Positions 29,196-41,729 of a DNA stretch of 48,246 nucleotides are shown piece by piece. The number at the start of each line of letters is the position of its first letter. Within the stretch, counting starts at the first letter, position 1. Source of the DNA: Guillardia theta CCMP2712 (taxonomy: Eukaryota > Protista > Cryptophyta); NCBI RefSeq assembly GCF_000315625.1, contig NW_005434619.1, positions 465,810-514,055 on the forward strand. The letters run 5' to 3'. The notes below the pieces were generated by a model that was not told the origin of the DNA, searched no databases, and worked only from the letters and a program-made list of their open reading frames with translations. Position numbers and translations under genes: made by a program.

Positions 29196-32100
29196 TTAGG
29201 CCTCACTCGTCATCTCCTCATACATCTCGGCAACCGCTTCCTGATATGCTCGAGAGATTTCCTCAGCCTCCTGCATACGCCCGCAGTCATTCCTCCACGA
29301 GAGTTCTCCTTGTCCTTGTCCTTGTCCTTTTCCATCTCCGTCTCCTTTCTTTGCACTCATCTTTGCAGTCCCTGAGCCTCCTCTCTCGACATTGGCCATT
29401 TGCATGTTGTCGAGGAAATGCCGTGCGGCCTGCAAGATGTGAGAGAAGGAGAGGAAGAGAACTTGTCACCGCAAGTTCTGCTGCAATTCTCTGCTGGTTC
29501 CAGTCTTGCCGCGACCTCTTGTCCCTTTCACCTGCAGTCAACAACTTCAGCTCGTTCTCCTCCAAGTGCTGCACACCTGGAGAAGCGCCTGCAGTTGCTC
29601 GCTGTTGGAAAGCGGGAGAGGATGAAGAGGTCGAGGAGGGAGAGGAAGAGGATGGGGAAGAGATAACAGATATCTTCCCGCAGCTGTCATCGTTCGGCTT
29701 AAGTTTGCCTAAAAGTTGTCAGAGAAGCAAAAGGAGAAAAGAAAATGGAGGGAAGGGAAGGGAAGGGAAGGGAAGGGAAGGGAAGGGAAGGTCTTGACCT
29801 TGAGGTCTTGACCCAGCAGGACATACTGCAAGTAATTCATGAGTAAGAAACATTTGAATCTTCATGAACACGGAGGCAAGAGCAACCAAAACAAGGCAGG
29901 GAGGATAGAGAAGACATCAATGCAGCAATCTCTTGTGATTGTCTCACCTGACTTGCTAATCCATGTCACCAAGTTTCTTGTGTTCTCACTTTGTCTGCCA
30001 CCCAGATTGAGCTCAATCCAGGGGAGAGATAACTTCACTTTTGCAGTCGAGGAGGTGCCTGCTACATCACAAGCATAAGACGCTTCTTTTTCCCGCCTCT
30101 CCAACGCTCTGGTCCATCCCGTCCCCTTCTCATTTTCATCCCTCTTTCCTTCAGCTTTCCCTTCTCTCTCCCCTCCCCTCTCTTCTCTCCCCGCCTCCAG
30201 ATCACCTCGCTCGCAGCAATGACATGAACGACACTAGAGTCTCTGGAGGCCAGGAGAGGTCAACGAGAGCAAGATTAGCACGCAAGATTGTGACCGTCAC
30301 CTCTTCGCTTCAACGAGGGCCTTTGGCTTCACAACAACTGCTCTCGCCGTCTCCGTTTTCTTCGGATCGCTGTCGATAAATCCATTAGAGTGAGAGTAGG
30401 AGAGAAGGACAGGGAGGGCCAACGATGAACTCACATAAGGAGTTGCTCTCTGACATTCCAGTCGTCTTCATGAACTTTGAGAGCGAATCAGGTTGACATG
30501 ATTTGAGTTATGCCAACCTTGAATGCACTTGTCGCTGCTCTTGTCCTTCACTCGTATCAACATCAACTGGGTTGAGAAGCATCAGTCTTGCTCTTGATTT
30601 CTTGCTCCAACGTAGCGCTCTTCTCTACTCTTGATCTCTTCACCTGATTCTGTGCGCTCTTCTCCACTTCCTTCACCCACATCGAAAACCCCCGACGCAT
30701 CAAAGAGAGGTCGCGAAAGAGCTTCTTCTCTTTCAACAACAAGCTCCAGCAGAGGAGATACCTGAGCCAACGTCAGCTCTGCTCCTGCCCTTCCCTTTCA
30801 CACACCTTCTTGTTAGATTGTGAATCGAATGTTTCGTCAAGGCCCTTCGCTTGCTACTCACTTCTCTCCAACTCCTCAAAATCTTGCACGAGAGGTTTCT
30901 AGTAAACTTCTTCTTTACAAATCCCTTCATTTTCTTTCGAGATCGTCGAGCTGCAACGTGACATAAGGAAAAGAGTATCACCACTCAACCTTACCAGACA
31001 CGTACAATCGCATCTTGTGCATGACATTGCTGGCCCTCCTCGTGTTGATTCTGTTCCATGCTTTCTGCAATGATCGCAAAAATTTCCAAGATCTCCAGCT
31101 CGACCACAACAGTCTCTTGGCGATCATCTTCTCCACCCTCCTCGAGAGCTGTATGGTATGAATTCTTGCAGGAGCTCCTGCTACCGCCATACACCTGAAA
31201 TTCAAATGTAAATCATAAAAGCGTTGGGTTCATGAAGAGCAATGGTGTGTTGGGATGGATTCATTCATGTGTGCACCTGAACATTGCTCTCAAGCTTTCT
31301 TTGTCTCTTCTTTTCCTCATCTTGGCTGCATAGATATCAATTCGTCTCCTCCTCCGACCCTCGGACAAGTTGTGAAACAATCTTGAAAAAGTAAGTTTGA
31401 TTCGTGCTCTTTCTGCCTTTCTTAAAACCATCCCAAAGAATCTCTTCATGACCTGAACGTCATGCCAGATGGCATGCCATGCAAGAATGCAGAGTTTCCC
31501 ACTTTTCGCAAGCATCTTTCCTCTCATTCTTCGCATTTCAGATGTTCTTTGCTTCAAATGCGTCCAGGCGATAAAGACAGCTGTCCTCGTACGAATCAAA
31601 ATCTCGCAAACGCAAGAGTTTTCACGCGATCGCAGTAATCGTTTCCTCTTGCAGTAAGATATAAATGGAGAACAGAGATGCTGCTAGAATGTGAGAAACG
31701 CTAACAATCATGTTCATCGTCAACCTTTCGTCGACGTGCGTCCATTTCTTTACGCGTCAACTTCAACTTCTGTTTGCATTCAAGCAAGCTCCTCAGCCAA
31801 CGAAGGACCTGTCGCTTGGCGTCTTGTTCTTTCAACCAATGTTTCTTCTCTGCCTTGACCTGACCTGTTTCACTGAACAGCATTTCACATTGTAAGCCCT
31901 TCACCTGCAGTCTAACTCGTTGATCCACTTGTCGATCTGCTAGTTCCAAGTCTGATCTTGCGTGGTTGAGCAATCCGAGCTCTCGCTCTAGTTCTTCCTG
32001 CTGTTTGACTCTAGCTCGAAGTTCTTTGATGATTTTGTCGCGCTGCAAGATCTCAGATATCATCGTGCTCTTCTCACATATCCTCAGGTTCTCTTCCTGA

Positions 32101-32507
32101 ATGAGACTAACGGCCACTGTGTCTTGTCGCACGTTCGTATTGCGAAGAGAAAAACTTGACAGGCTGCTCAGATCGACATGGCGAAGTTTTTGAATTTTGT
32201 GCAAATCAATGGAGGTTCTCAGACTTCCGAGCTCTTCGTCCTCCAACTCATCTTTCCTCTCCTTCTTCTTCGCGTTCTGCTTTTGTGAGTTCAAGGGTTT
32301 CAAGACGTTGTCATGCTTCTTGGGCTCTTTCAACCCAAGAATCTCCTTTCTGCTCATCCACTCTAAGCAAACAGTAGATTTCACGTTTGAGAGACTTACT
32401 TCGGTTTCCAGAAAGGAGAGCGCGCAAACTGCTGCTCTGTTGGTTTCATTCTCCAGACGGAAGCTCGACAGGTTGTGGCACCGTTCTTCCTGCTTCTCAA
32501 ACTCCAA
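29196..32507 (-). CDS. Coiled-coil protein with Sfi1-like (centrin-binding-type) Trp repeats, multi-exon
   Basis: Basic helical repeats with periodic W: VFIAWTHLKQR, CILAWHAIW, LLWSSWRSWKFLR and KILRSWREVSSKRR. N-terminal coiled coil present. The start is not resolved. Confidence 0.6.
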
Positions 32508-33059
32508 GGCTCTCTCCTCTCCTCTGTCGCTTCCTCACCCTACACGCCTCCAAGCATTTTTCGAACAAGGTACCACCCCGGCGTATGATGTTCGGATCAC
32601 TACCCCCTTTGGATAGGCCTAGGTGGGGTGGTCAAATAGAACCCAACACCTCCATGGCAGATCTCGCAAAATAAGTAGCAAATTCTCCTCCTGCCCCTCC
32701 TCCTGCCCCTCCTCCTGCCCTTCCTCCTGCCCCTCTTCCTAGCCCTGTCCTTGATCCTGTGTACTCCAGCTAATCTTGTAGAGTGTTGACTCTCCGGTAA
32801 ACATCCTATTGTCAGATTAGACAGGACTTTTCTGACCGCCAACAAGGATGTCATGTAAGCCAATCTCTCCTCTCCCCTCTCCCCTCTTCCCTCTTCTTTC
32901 ATCTACCCGCATCCTCTCACATCTGACCAGACTCTCCCTGCAGCTAAGAAAAGCTCCGTCACTCCTCGAGCTCACCGGCCCATCAGTGCACCTCCAAGTT
33001 GTCTGGGGAGGAGGTAAGATCAATATCTAAGCTTCTTCTCCTCATGGCTCGCGTGCAGG

Positions 33060-35795
33060 ATGGTAGAAAAGAAAGATGCTCCTAAGAAAGCATCGAACAG
33101 CAGTAACTCTTCGAGCTCGACCCCGTCGGTAGAAGACTGGCTCGATTCAGAGCTCAGCAAGATAGTCGGGCTCGAGAAGGTCATGCGATGAAACAGCCAT
33201 CTCTCTTGATAGACTCAACCCTCACAGGTCAAGGATCAAATCAGATCCTTTCTGAAAAACCTCCGGCTTGAAAACCGTCGCAAGGAGGTAAATCTTCTTG
33301 GTCCTCCTCTCCTCCTTCACTTCTCGTGTGTGTTTCTCCTCCTTTTCTGCCGTTCTCCTGTCTTCTCCTCATAGTTCAATACTTCACCCTCCTGTTTGAT
33401 TCTCTAAACGCTCGTCCACTCCTCTCTTCTCATCTTCGGTTAGTCCCTCATCCTCATCCTCATCCTCATCCTCATCCTCATCCTCGTTTTCAATCTCAGT
33501 CTCATCCTCATCCTCATTCTGATCCTCGTTCTCATCGTGATCCACACGCGCTAGTCGTCATCGTCAACCTCTACCTTCTCCCTCTCCTCCCTTATCTCAC
33601 AGCCTAGGTTGGGCTCGAGCCTCTTGGCAACAATGACTTCGACATGGTGTTCTACGGGAACCCAGGGACGGGAAAGGTGGGGAGCGAGGGTTGAGGGTCT
33701 AAGGAAACGGCTGAAGGCTGATAAAGAGATAATCTTGTTAGACGTCTGTTGCTCGCCTGGTACCGAAGATGCTTCAGAGAATGGGGGTTTTATCCTCCCA
33801 TGCTCCCTTCTTAGAAGTGGGAAGGTAGGGGAGAGGGGAGAAGGTTGCTGTAACGATGTATGTGGCAGAGGAGATCTTGTTGGTTCCTACATCGGGGCAA
33901 CAGAGCAAAACTGTCTCGCAAAGATCAAGGAGGCCAAGTATATGAGCAGCTCCTTCCGCGCCTCATTGTGATGACGTGGCAGAGGTGGTTTCATGTTCAT
34001 AGATGAGGCATATACACTCACACCAGAAGATGCCGGCAAAGACTTCGGGTGAACCTATTGTTCCCAGCTTACTGTTCATTGCCGAGTCTTATGCTTTCCA
34101 ACTTTGTTCTTGTGATTCCTCTGCTCTGCTCTACTCCTCGCTACTCCTCTGTTTTTCTTGTCTCGTCTGAACATCTTTCTCTCCTCTGCTCGTCTTCTCA
34201 CCTTGTTTCTCCGTTCTGCTCCTTTTCCCCTCGTTTTTCTTATGTTTTTCTCATTTTCTGAATACATCTCAGCATGAAAGCGCTGGAAATCATTATGCAG
34301 TGCATGACGAGCAACGAGACTGGAAGACCATGTGAGAAACATTTTGAGAGACAGTCTAGTGATGATGGTGATGATGACGATGACGACGACGATGATGATC
34401 ACGATGATAATGACGATGATGATCAAAGTGTTGTTGTTGTTGAAGATGATGATGATAATTATTTGCTTTATTCAAGATTTCATCTTTGCGGGCTACAAGA
34501 AAGAAATGGAAGGATTTCTCAAGTCGAATCCCGGAATGGCAAGAAGGTTCACTCTCTCTTGTTACTTAATCATATTTGAATGTTTCTGCAAGGATTGCTT
34601 ACAAGTTTCACTTCGAAGATTATACTACAACAGAGCTTGTTGAGATAACAATGTTGAAGGTGAGATTCTTCGCTGTCGTTGATCCGGGATAAAAGATTCT
34701 GTCCAAAACGATTTTGTGCGTGTTTTGCTGACAACACCGTGAACAGGCAAATGACAAGAAAATTGTCTTGACACAAGAGGCTATTCAAAGTCTGCCTCAT
34801 GTTCGTCTTCCTTGTTTTGTTTCCTCTGGCTAATTGCTGGTCAGTTGCTCGATTCGTTGTTTCCTCCTTCAGTTCGGACCATCTGGAATGGCGGGATCGC
34901 CAATCGACTTATCTCCGACTCCCTCGAGGTTTGTGTTTGAGACGAGGCAGAGGAAGAGGAAGCGAGCTGTTCAGCGCTGGCCACGTCTAGTCTTCGATGC
35001 TCTACAGCTTGTGACTCACTCCGTGTCACTTCATCTCCTTGTGTAGGCCCTCAACGACAGGTTGGACCCTCTGACCGCCACAAAGGAACAGTTATGCACC
35101 CTCCAGGTCATACAGAAATGGGAAGGGACAGGGCAGGGGAGCAGAGGTGAGGTCTGGGCTGATAAGATTTGATTTTCAGAAAGTGGACCTGCAGCTGGGC
35201 GCCAAGAACGCCTCTTTTGCTGTCTGTGCATTACAAACGGCTTTGTTGAATCCTGGGGGTCTGCACAGCAGCGGATATCTGCCTTCTGCTGCTGCGCCCA
35301 TTCATCCTCCTCCCCCTCTTCCTGCTGCTTCCGCTGCCGCCGCCTCGGCTGCTATGCACTCGCAAGGGTGTGGCCAAATTATTCAGACCATGGAATTGAA
35401 ACAGGTCAGTGACGTCGGTTTGTTGTTAGTGTTGCACTTTCTGTTCTGCCGTGTTTGTTTATGATGGCAGCATGTCGGTCAGGAATTTGTGGATGATATC
35501 AATTATTTCAGTACTTTCCCTCGGCTATCAGACGAATTGCGTTGTTGGAAGAAGAAATCGCCAACATAAGAAGTGAGTTTGAGAAGCAGAGGGAGATAAG
35601 GACTAAGTCAGGCTGTCAGATGCGTCTTTGATCAAAGCTGCACAAGAAGATGCGAACGCTGCCGGTCAAGTCGATGCTCAAACTTCGCACGAGACAGTTG
35701 ACGAGGAGGATGAAGATGTACAAGCACATGACAATCGAGAAGACAACAACGACAACAGGTGAGATACCAACAATCCATAGCAAACATTTAGATTG
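33060..35795 (+). CDS. CbbX/CfxQ/SpoVK-family AAA+ ATPase with C-terminal extension, multi-exon
   Basis: Spliced motifs ELSKIVGLEK|VKDQIR, Walker A MVFYGNPGTGK|TSVAR, RGDLVGSYIGATE, Walker B GGFMFIDEAYTL, DFG|MKALEIIM, FIFAGYKKEMEGFLKSNPGMARR, FHFEDYTTTEL and WNGGIANRL. Confidence 0.88.
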
Positions 35796-35899
35796 AACGT
35801 TTTCATCAGACAAAAAGTAGACAAGAGATACCAAGCACTTGTGTCATATTGCAAGGGTAATACGCTCAGACATCAGAACTTGATGACAATGATAGCTTT

Positions 35900-37608
35900 A
35901 ATGCAGATGCAGCCAAGATGTCGTCAGAGATGAAGTTGGAGTCAACCAAGCAATTGTGATGACGGAAATCTTCCAACGTTGGTCTCATCAACATTTTTTC
36001 CAGACTGCAAAGTGCGTTGGATCTTGTCAACTATATACTGAACGAGCAGATAACACAAACTGGGTAATGTTTGATGTACTTTGCTGTTATCATGCAACCT
36101 GCTTCAAGAAGTTGAAAGAAGCATCGGAAAGGGGGGATGGGAGCGGAGGGGAGAGGAGGGGAGAGGAATGGCGAGGGATACAGGAGGGAGAGAGGAGAAG
36201 AAATGATGGTTATTGAGATTTCTCTACTTATCTTTTGAGACAGGAAATCTAATTCACCTGAATGCGACAAAGACAACGAAGGAGCAGCCGTTCAAGATTC
36301 GTCCTTCCGGAAACAACATGATCTTGACCCTCAAATATCAGCACCACAACAGGCAAGAATGTTCAAAGTTTCTTCAATGTCCTCCACTTTCGTCCTGACA
36401 CCTTGCAGCAATTTGAAGGCATTGCAAACTGGCTTGTCATTGCTAGTGAGATAATATTCCTCGTTAGATCCTTGTGTGCTCAACTTTCATGTTTTCTTCA
36501 ATGCCTCCAACGCTGCTCTTCCCTCCTTTTGTTCCTTTGCTCTCTCCTCAAGTTCATACTGCAGGTACAGGCAGGTTGTCTATCGGCGATCAGGTTGCAG
36601 CTCTTTTACTCTTCTTCGCTCAACCCTCTCCAGCTCCCTAGCTCGTGGGATGAAGGGCTTCATTTCACTTGTGGTGTGGACCATTCCTTCAGGTAGCGAG
36701 TGACCTGGCAAGGGTGGCAAGTGAAATTTCTCTTCAGTCTCGGTGAACTTGTCCTCGCATTCAGGTTATGCCCACGCTACCCCCACCCCCAGTCCTCCTT
36801 CTCCTCCTCATGCAACTGCTCCTCCTCACCTCCTCACCTTCATCTTTCCCTACCGCCGTGACCGCCTCTTGCTCATTCTTCTGGTCCTGCTCTTCTCATC
36901 AGATCGAACGGGTGCCGGACCCTCGCCAAGGTCATCGCATGTCATCGCACGTCTGCACGTTGACCTCCACACAGGTAGAGCGAGTTAGCAAGACATCCCT
37001 CGACCTCCAAGTTGGTCGAGCACTGCAGAAGGTAGCTTCCTCTTCCTCCTCTCTCCCCATACCCCTCAAACCATTCCCTTCTCACTCCACTTCTTCTTTT
37101 ATTCTACTCTCAAACTTCCTTTTCGTTCCCCACGCGCATCCTCCTTTCCTCTCTTCCTTTCGCCGTCCTCATTGTGTACTGCTGTCCTCCTTTGACGCCA
37201 GACTTGACGCCTTTGTCTCTTTTCTGCCTCCTCTCACCGAACTCGAACTGCAGACAGTGGCGCTAGAGAAAGTAGGGAAGTTGCACGGGACCTTGCAGAC
37301 GTTCATCCAGACCATCTTCAAGAGAAGAGATGGTAACATATTATCATCACTATCGGTTGCAAATCATGGTGAAGTATCTCTTTGAAGATGGAAAGAAGAG
37401 AAGTGAAAACAATAGCAAAGGTCATATAGAAGAACAGTTGAGCGACGCGTTGAGAAAGAGGAATAACGGAACGATTGATGACTTTGACTTAGACGGTGAT
37501 GATTGCCATCTCCGTTGCCTGTTGACATGCGATGCAGTTGATCAAGAGCTGATCGAAAAGCTGAAAGATTTGGAGCTGCAAGAGATTGCAAGAAAATCAA
37601 AGAATTGA
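35900..37608 (+). CDS. Hypothetical protein, multi-exon
   Basis: A chain of short exons with canonical splice sites (e.g. TVALEKVGKLHGTLQTFIQTIFKRRD) ends in VDQELIEKLKDLELQEIARKSKN*. The start is unresolved. Confidence 0.45.
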
Positions 37609-38216
37609 TCTTGTTCAGTTGCACATGCAAAGATCTTGTTTATATCTCAAGAAGCTAGCATGTCTTCCTCTCTATCTATGTCTGTCGTCATATGTGTCTT
37701 CTGTGTTCTTTGTTATCCTTTACATCGTTTCTCTTTCCATTCATCACGTATACTTCCCTCGCTTCTCGTCACGACAGCATTTTGTCGGATTTCGATCACC
37801 CTACCTAGTCCACTCTTTCCCAACTTCTTGAGCTCAAAACAGCACTGCTATTAATGATGAAAGTACCCCTACTTGCATAACCCCCACCTACCCGTGTTTC
37901 TAGATGGAAAGTTCTTGGAACACCCGATGAAGCGACGAGAAAGGAATGAGGGAGTGCAAGGGAAGGAAGGAAGGAAGGGGGGGGGGGGGGGGGAGGCGCG
38001 AGGAGGCAGAGGAGGCGGAGATACAATGTGGAACGACGACAAAGAGAGAATGAGGAAAGGCATGGTGGTAGAACAGTAGCAAGATAAGATGATCGGATCA
38101 AGCCATCAAGAATCGCAGAAACGGCTAGCGTTAGTCCGATGAAAGCATGTCGAGCATATGGACGAAGGGAAGAGATTTACTTCGAGCCGCATAATTGACG
38201 GCACAGTCTAACTTGC

Positions 38217-41200
38217 ATGCAGATGAAGTTGTCTTCCTTGCTCTTGGCTTGCTTCTGCCTCCTCTTTTTCTTCCAAGACCTCGCACTCTGTCAGAACCCC
38301 AGCGGCCAGCTAGACGATGCCAAGTGTGACGTAGAGAGCGTGGAGACGGCCAACACGGAGCAGCTGCACAGGATTCTGTCCGAGCTGGTGAACACGACCT
38401 ACTTCCGTCTGATGCACATCAAGCTCGACGGGAAGTGCCTCTACTTCGATCAGGCAGTGTCTGAAGCTAAGTGCGCCTCCACCCAGCAGGATTCGTTCTC
38501 GAGCTGGGCTTCTTCCTTCAGCTCTCCTGCTCCCCCTGTTAAGGAAGGAGGCCTGTGCTCGCTGGACGTGGGGAATAGAAACGAGGAAAGTTCGCAGTCG
38601 TCCAACCCCTTCGATTTCGGTCGTCCAATCACGAACAAAGTTGACAAGACGATCTCGAAAGCTGAATCAGAGTCTCTTTTGACCAAGGATGAGAGTTGTA
38701 ATGACCCGTCTGTTCCTGACTTTTGGCTGGACATGTAACCCTTCTTTTCCCTGCTCCCCTCCCCTCTGGATGTTTTGCTCGACATGGTCTCGTTGTTTTC
38801 CTCCGGCTGCGGCCACCTGTTCTTCGCCTTTCATCTTCACTGAACTTGATACGTGACATCAGGTGTCGAAACATTCCCACAAATGCATCGGAATATGTAA
38901 ACCTGCGGCTGAACCCCGAGGTGATGGAAGTATCGACTAATGTCCTGCTGATGTACAGCAGAGGTGGACAGGATACAACGGGTCTCACGTGTGGGACGCG
39001 ATTTACAACGAGAACTGTTTTGAGCAACTTGGGTCTTTAGACGAGATGTGCTACGAGGAGAGAGTGCTATACCGCCTTCTCTCAGGCATGCACGCCTCGA
39101 TCAATATTCACATCTCGCTATCATATTTTCCTCCATCCAAGGTGAGAGGAGAAACTTCTTTTCAAGGCATCGAGATGTTTTAATGCATTAGTTCGTGTTG
39201 TTGTTGCTGAATCTTCTCTGACATTGTATGATTTGAGTGTTCGCTCGTTGAGTGCTGTGACCTGACTTGGTTGCTTTCAGAGCCAAAACCGAAGCAACTG
39301 GGAGCCGAATCCTGAGAGGTTCATCAATCAATATGGGAGCAGGTAAGGAGAGGATAAGACAAGATCAAAAGCTCCTGTGATTATCAAACAAGCCCTGATG
39401 CTGATCGCAACAGACCCGAGTATCTCAAGAATCTTCACTTTGCATTTGTGGTTAGTTCGCCATGATTTTCTCAAGCCATCATCACTTGATTGCTCTCAGG
39501 TTCTTCTCAGAGCTCTTCGCCGCGCTTCTCCATTCTTGTACAACCATCACTTTGTGACCGGAGATGATCAAGGCAGAAGGCAGAGCACGGGTTGAGAGAT
39601 TGATACTGAGAGATTGAGCAGACGACGCTCACACAACCATGTTGATCAGAAGACTTCTAGATTCCAGCGTCATGAGCAGCTGTCAAAAGGTAGCGCTCGA
39701 ATCGATGGAAACGCTTCACCCAACTTTTGTCGGCCAGGTCTTCGACGCGTTCGATGAGTCGCTCATGTTCTCGATGGATGGAGAGCCTTCAGTGAAGGTG
39801 ATGAAAAGATTCATTCTTTTGTTTTGCTCTCTTTGCTCCAAATACTTTCCATTTTGACCTGTCGCCTGAGCAGACTACACTCAAAAGTCAATGGAAAGGA
39901 GTTTTTCATAATATCTCAAGCGTTATGGATTGGTTAGAGTGGGAGAGAGGTTTGCCTCCTCTCACCGCAACTACAGCATCTCTTGCCAGAAATGCCGCTT
40001 GCACGGAAAGATTCAACTTCTTGGTCTCGGAACAGCTCTCAAGGTTCTTCTACTTCCTGAGCAGGTTGCAAGGAGGACGGTCGAGAGGGGCAAGGAGGAA
40101 ACTTTTGAGGATATTTGCTGATTGCAATAAGCAGCTCATCATGGCTTCGCTTGAACGTGCAGAGATTGTGGCTCTTTTTAACACTCTATCGAAGGTCAGA
40201 AAAAATGCTGAGCACCTGATGAAGGGGGGGGGGGAGGGAGCAATGGAGGGCGATAGGGAGAGATAAACCGGCTATATTCGTGTTTCTTCTTTTTCCCTTT
40301 TCGCAAAGCATAACATTTCATGGGCAGTTTTCGACGGCCATCAGAGGAATCCAAACGTTGACGAACAAGTTTTACGAATATCAGACCCTTTACAAGTCTG
40401 ACGTCCTAGATGACTCGGTAACAACTTATTTCAGGCATCCAGCATGTGACGTATCTGCAGATCGTCACGAGCAGATCAGCTCAGGGTCCTTCCTTGCAGA
40501 GCAAGAGCTCCCAGCAAGTTGAGCCTCCTCCTTCCTCTGATCGACAGACTTCCCAGACTGCTGCGTTAGTTGATCGCGCAATCGGCGCTGTTGCGGCAGC
40601 CGCCAAGGCGGGCAAGTTGAGCATGCAAGTGGAGCAGAAGTTGTTAGATGCGCTTCTTCGTCACGACAGCACAGCCCTCCTTCTCGCCAAGCACTTCATC
40701 GATGGCAACAGCACAAATCGCTTCTTGGTGCATGCGGAAAGAAACCTCCACCTCATGGACTCCTCTTCCTCTTCCGTCACCTCCTTTTCAACTACAGACA
40801 CCGACACCTCGGAACTCGATGCCCTCAAGCAAGGTAAAGATGGCGCTACAACAGCTGACGACACAAGCCAGCAACGAATCACTTCTGAGGAGCTCGCAAA
40901 CCATGCTACTGAGGAGAGCTGCTGGGTTTCGATCAATCAGAAGGTGGAGGAGGAGGTCAAGTATAACGAGTTCTTGAAATTCTTCACAGGTTTACGACTT
41001 CACACAGTTTCTGCCGGAGCATCCAGCAGGATCAGAGGCGATTCTGCGTATTGCTGGAAAGGTGAATCCTGATATCCTCTGCTAGCAGTGTACTTCTCCC
41101 ATGCCTAGTGCCGTGGTGTTCTAGTTGCTGCCTCCCTGTTGACTCTGATGCAGGACGCAACGAGCGAGTACTTCGCTGTGCACACTGCCGAGATGTTGAC

Positions 41201-41231
41201 GGACTTCAAGCCCATTGGCGTCCTTGCATAG
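38217..41231 (+). CDS. ERO1: Endoplasmic reticulum oxidoreductin 1 fused to a C-terminal cytochrome b5-like heme-binding domain
   Basis: Signal peptide MKLSSLLLACFCLLFFFQDLALC. ERO1 motifs CDVESVETAN, YFRLMHIKLDGKC, YVNLRLNPE|RWTGYNG, VWDAIYNENCF, CYEERVLYRLLSGMHASI, NLHFAF, FDESLMF, NISSVMDC|ISCQKCRLHGKIQLLGLGTALKVL and RAEIVALFNTL. The frame continues to ITSEELANHATEESCWVSINQK|VYDFTQFLPEHPAGSEAILRIAGK|DATSEYFAVHTAEMLTDFKPIGVLA*. Confidence 0.92.
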
Positions 41232-41729
41232 TCAAGCTGCAATCACGCTGACTTATGAACCACTGAGACTGCCTTACTGATGTAATCCTGTCATCGCTTG
41301 CTATCATTTCTTTCGGAAGTGTATAGAGGTACTTGCAAACACCTCCAGTATGTGAACAATACACTCCTAAAACAGTGAACCCTAAACCCTAATGGCAAGG
41401 ACTTAGGAGACAGTTGGAAGACGACAGGGTAAAGATCAACGCGGAGAGACCGAAGGGGAAACCTCACAGGCGAGAAACCAAGGTCAGCATGACAGGGAAG
41501 GGGCAAGGACTTAGCGCGAGGAATGGACAAGGGGACGGTTACATTGAACCCGTCAAGAGTTGAGGGTTTAGAGTTTAGAGGCAACTCTTCTTACTGAGGC
41601 TGAGGAAGCTAAGAGAAGACTGTAGAAGTACAAAGTAGAAAGAGACCTCAGAAGCAGGCTTAGCATTGTAGGCCGTGTACCCCAATACTTGCTTTTGTGA
41701 GGAGCCGAAGGAAACTGTACAGAGCGACC

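Noticed and set aside
34274-34643. Poly-Asp / poly-Met ORFs
   Set aside because: These come from a (GAT/GAC)n microsatellite inside an intron of the AAA+ gene.
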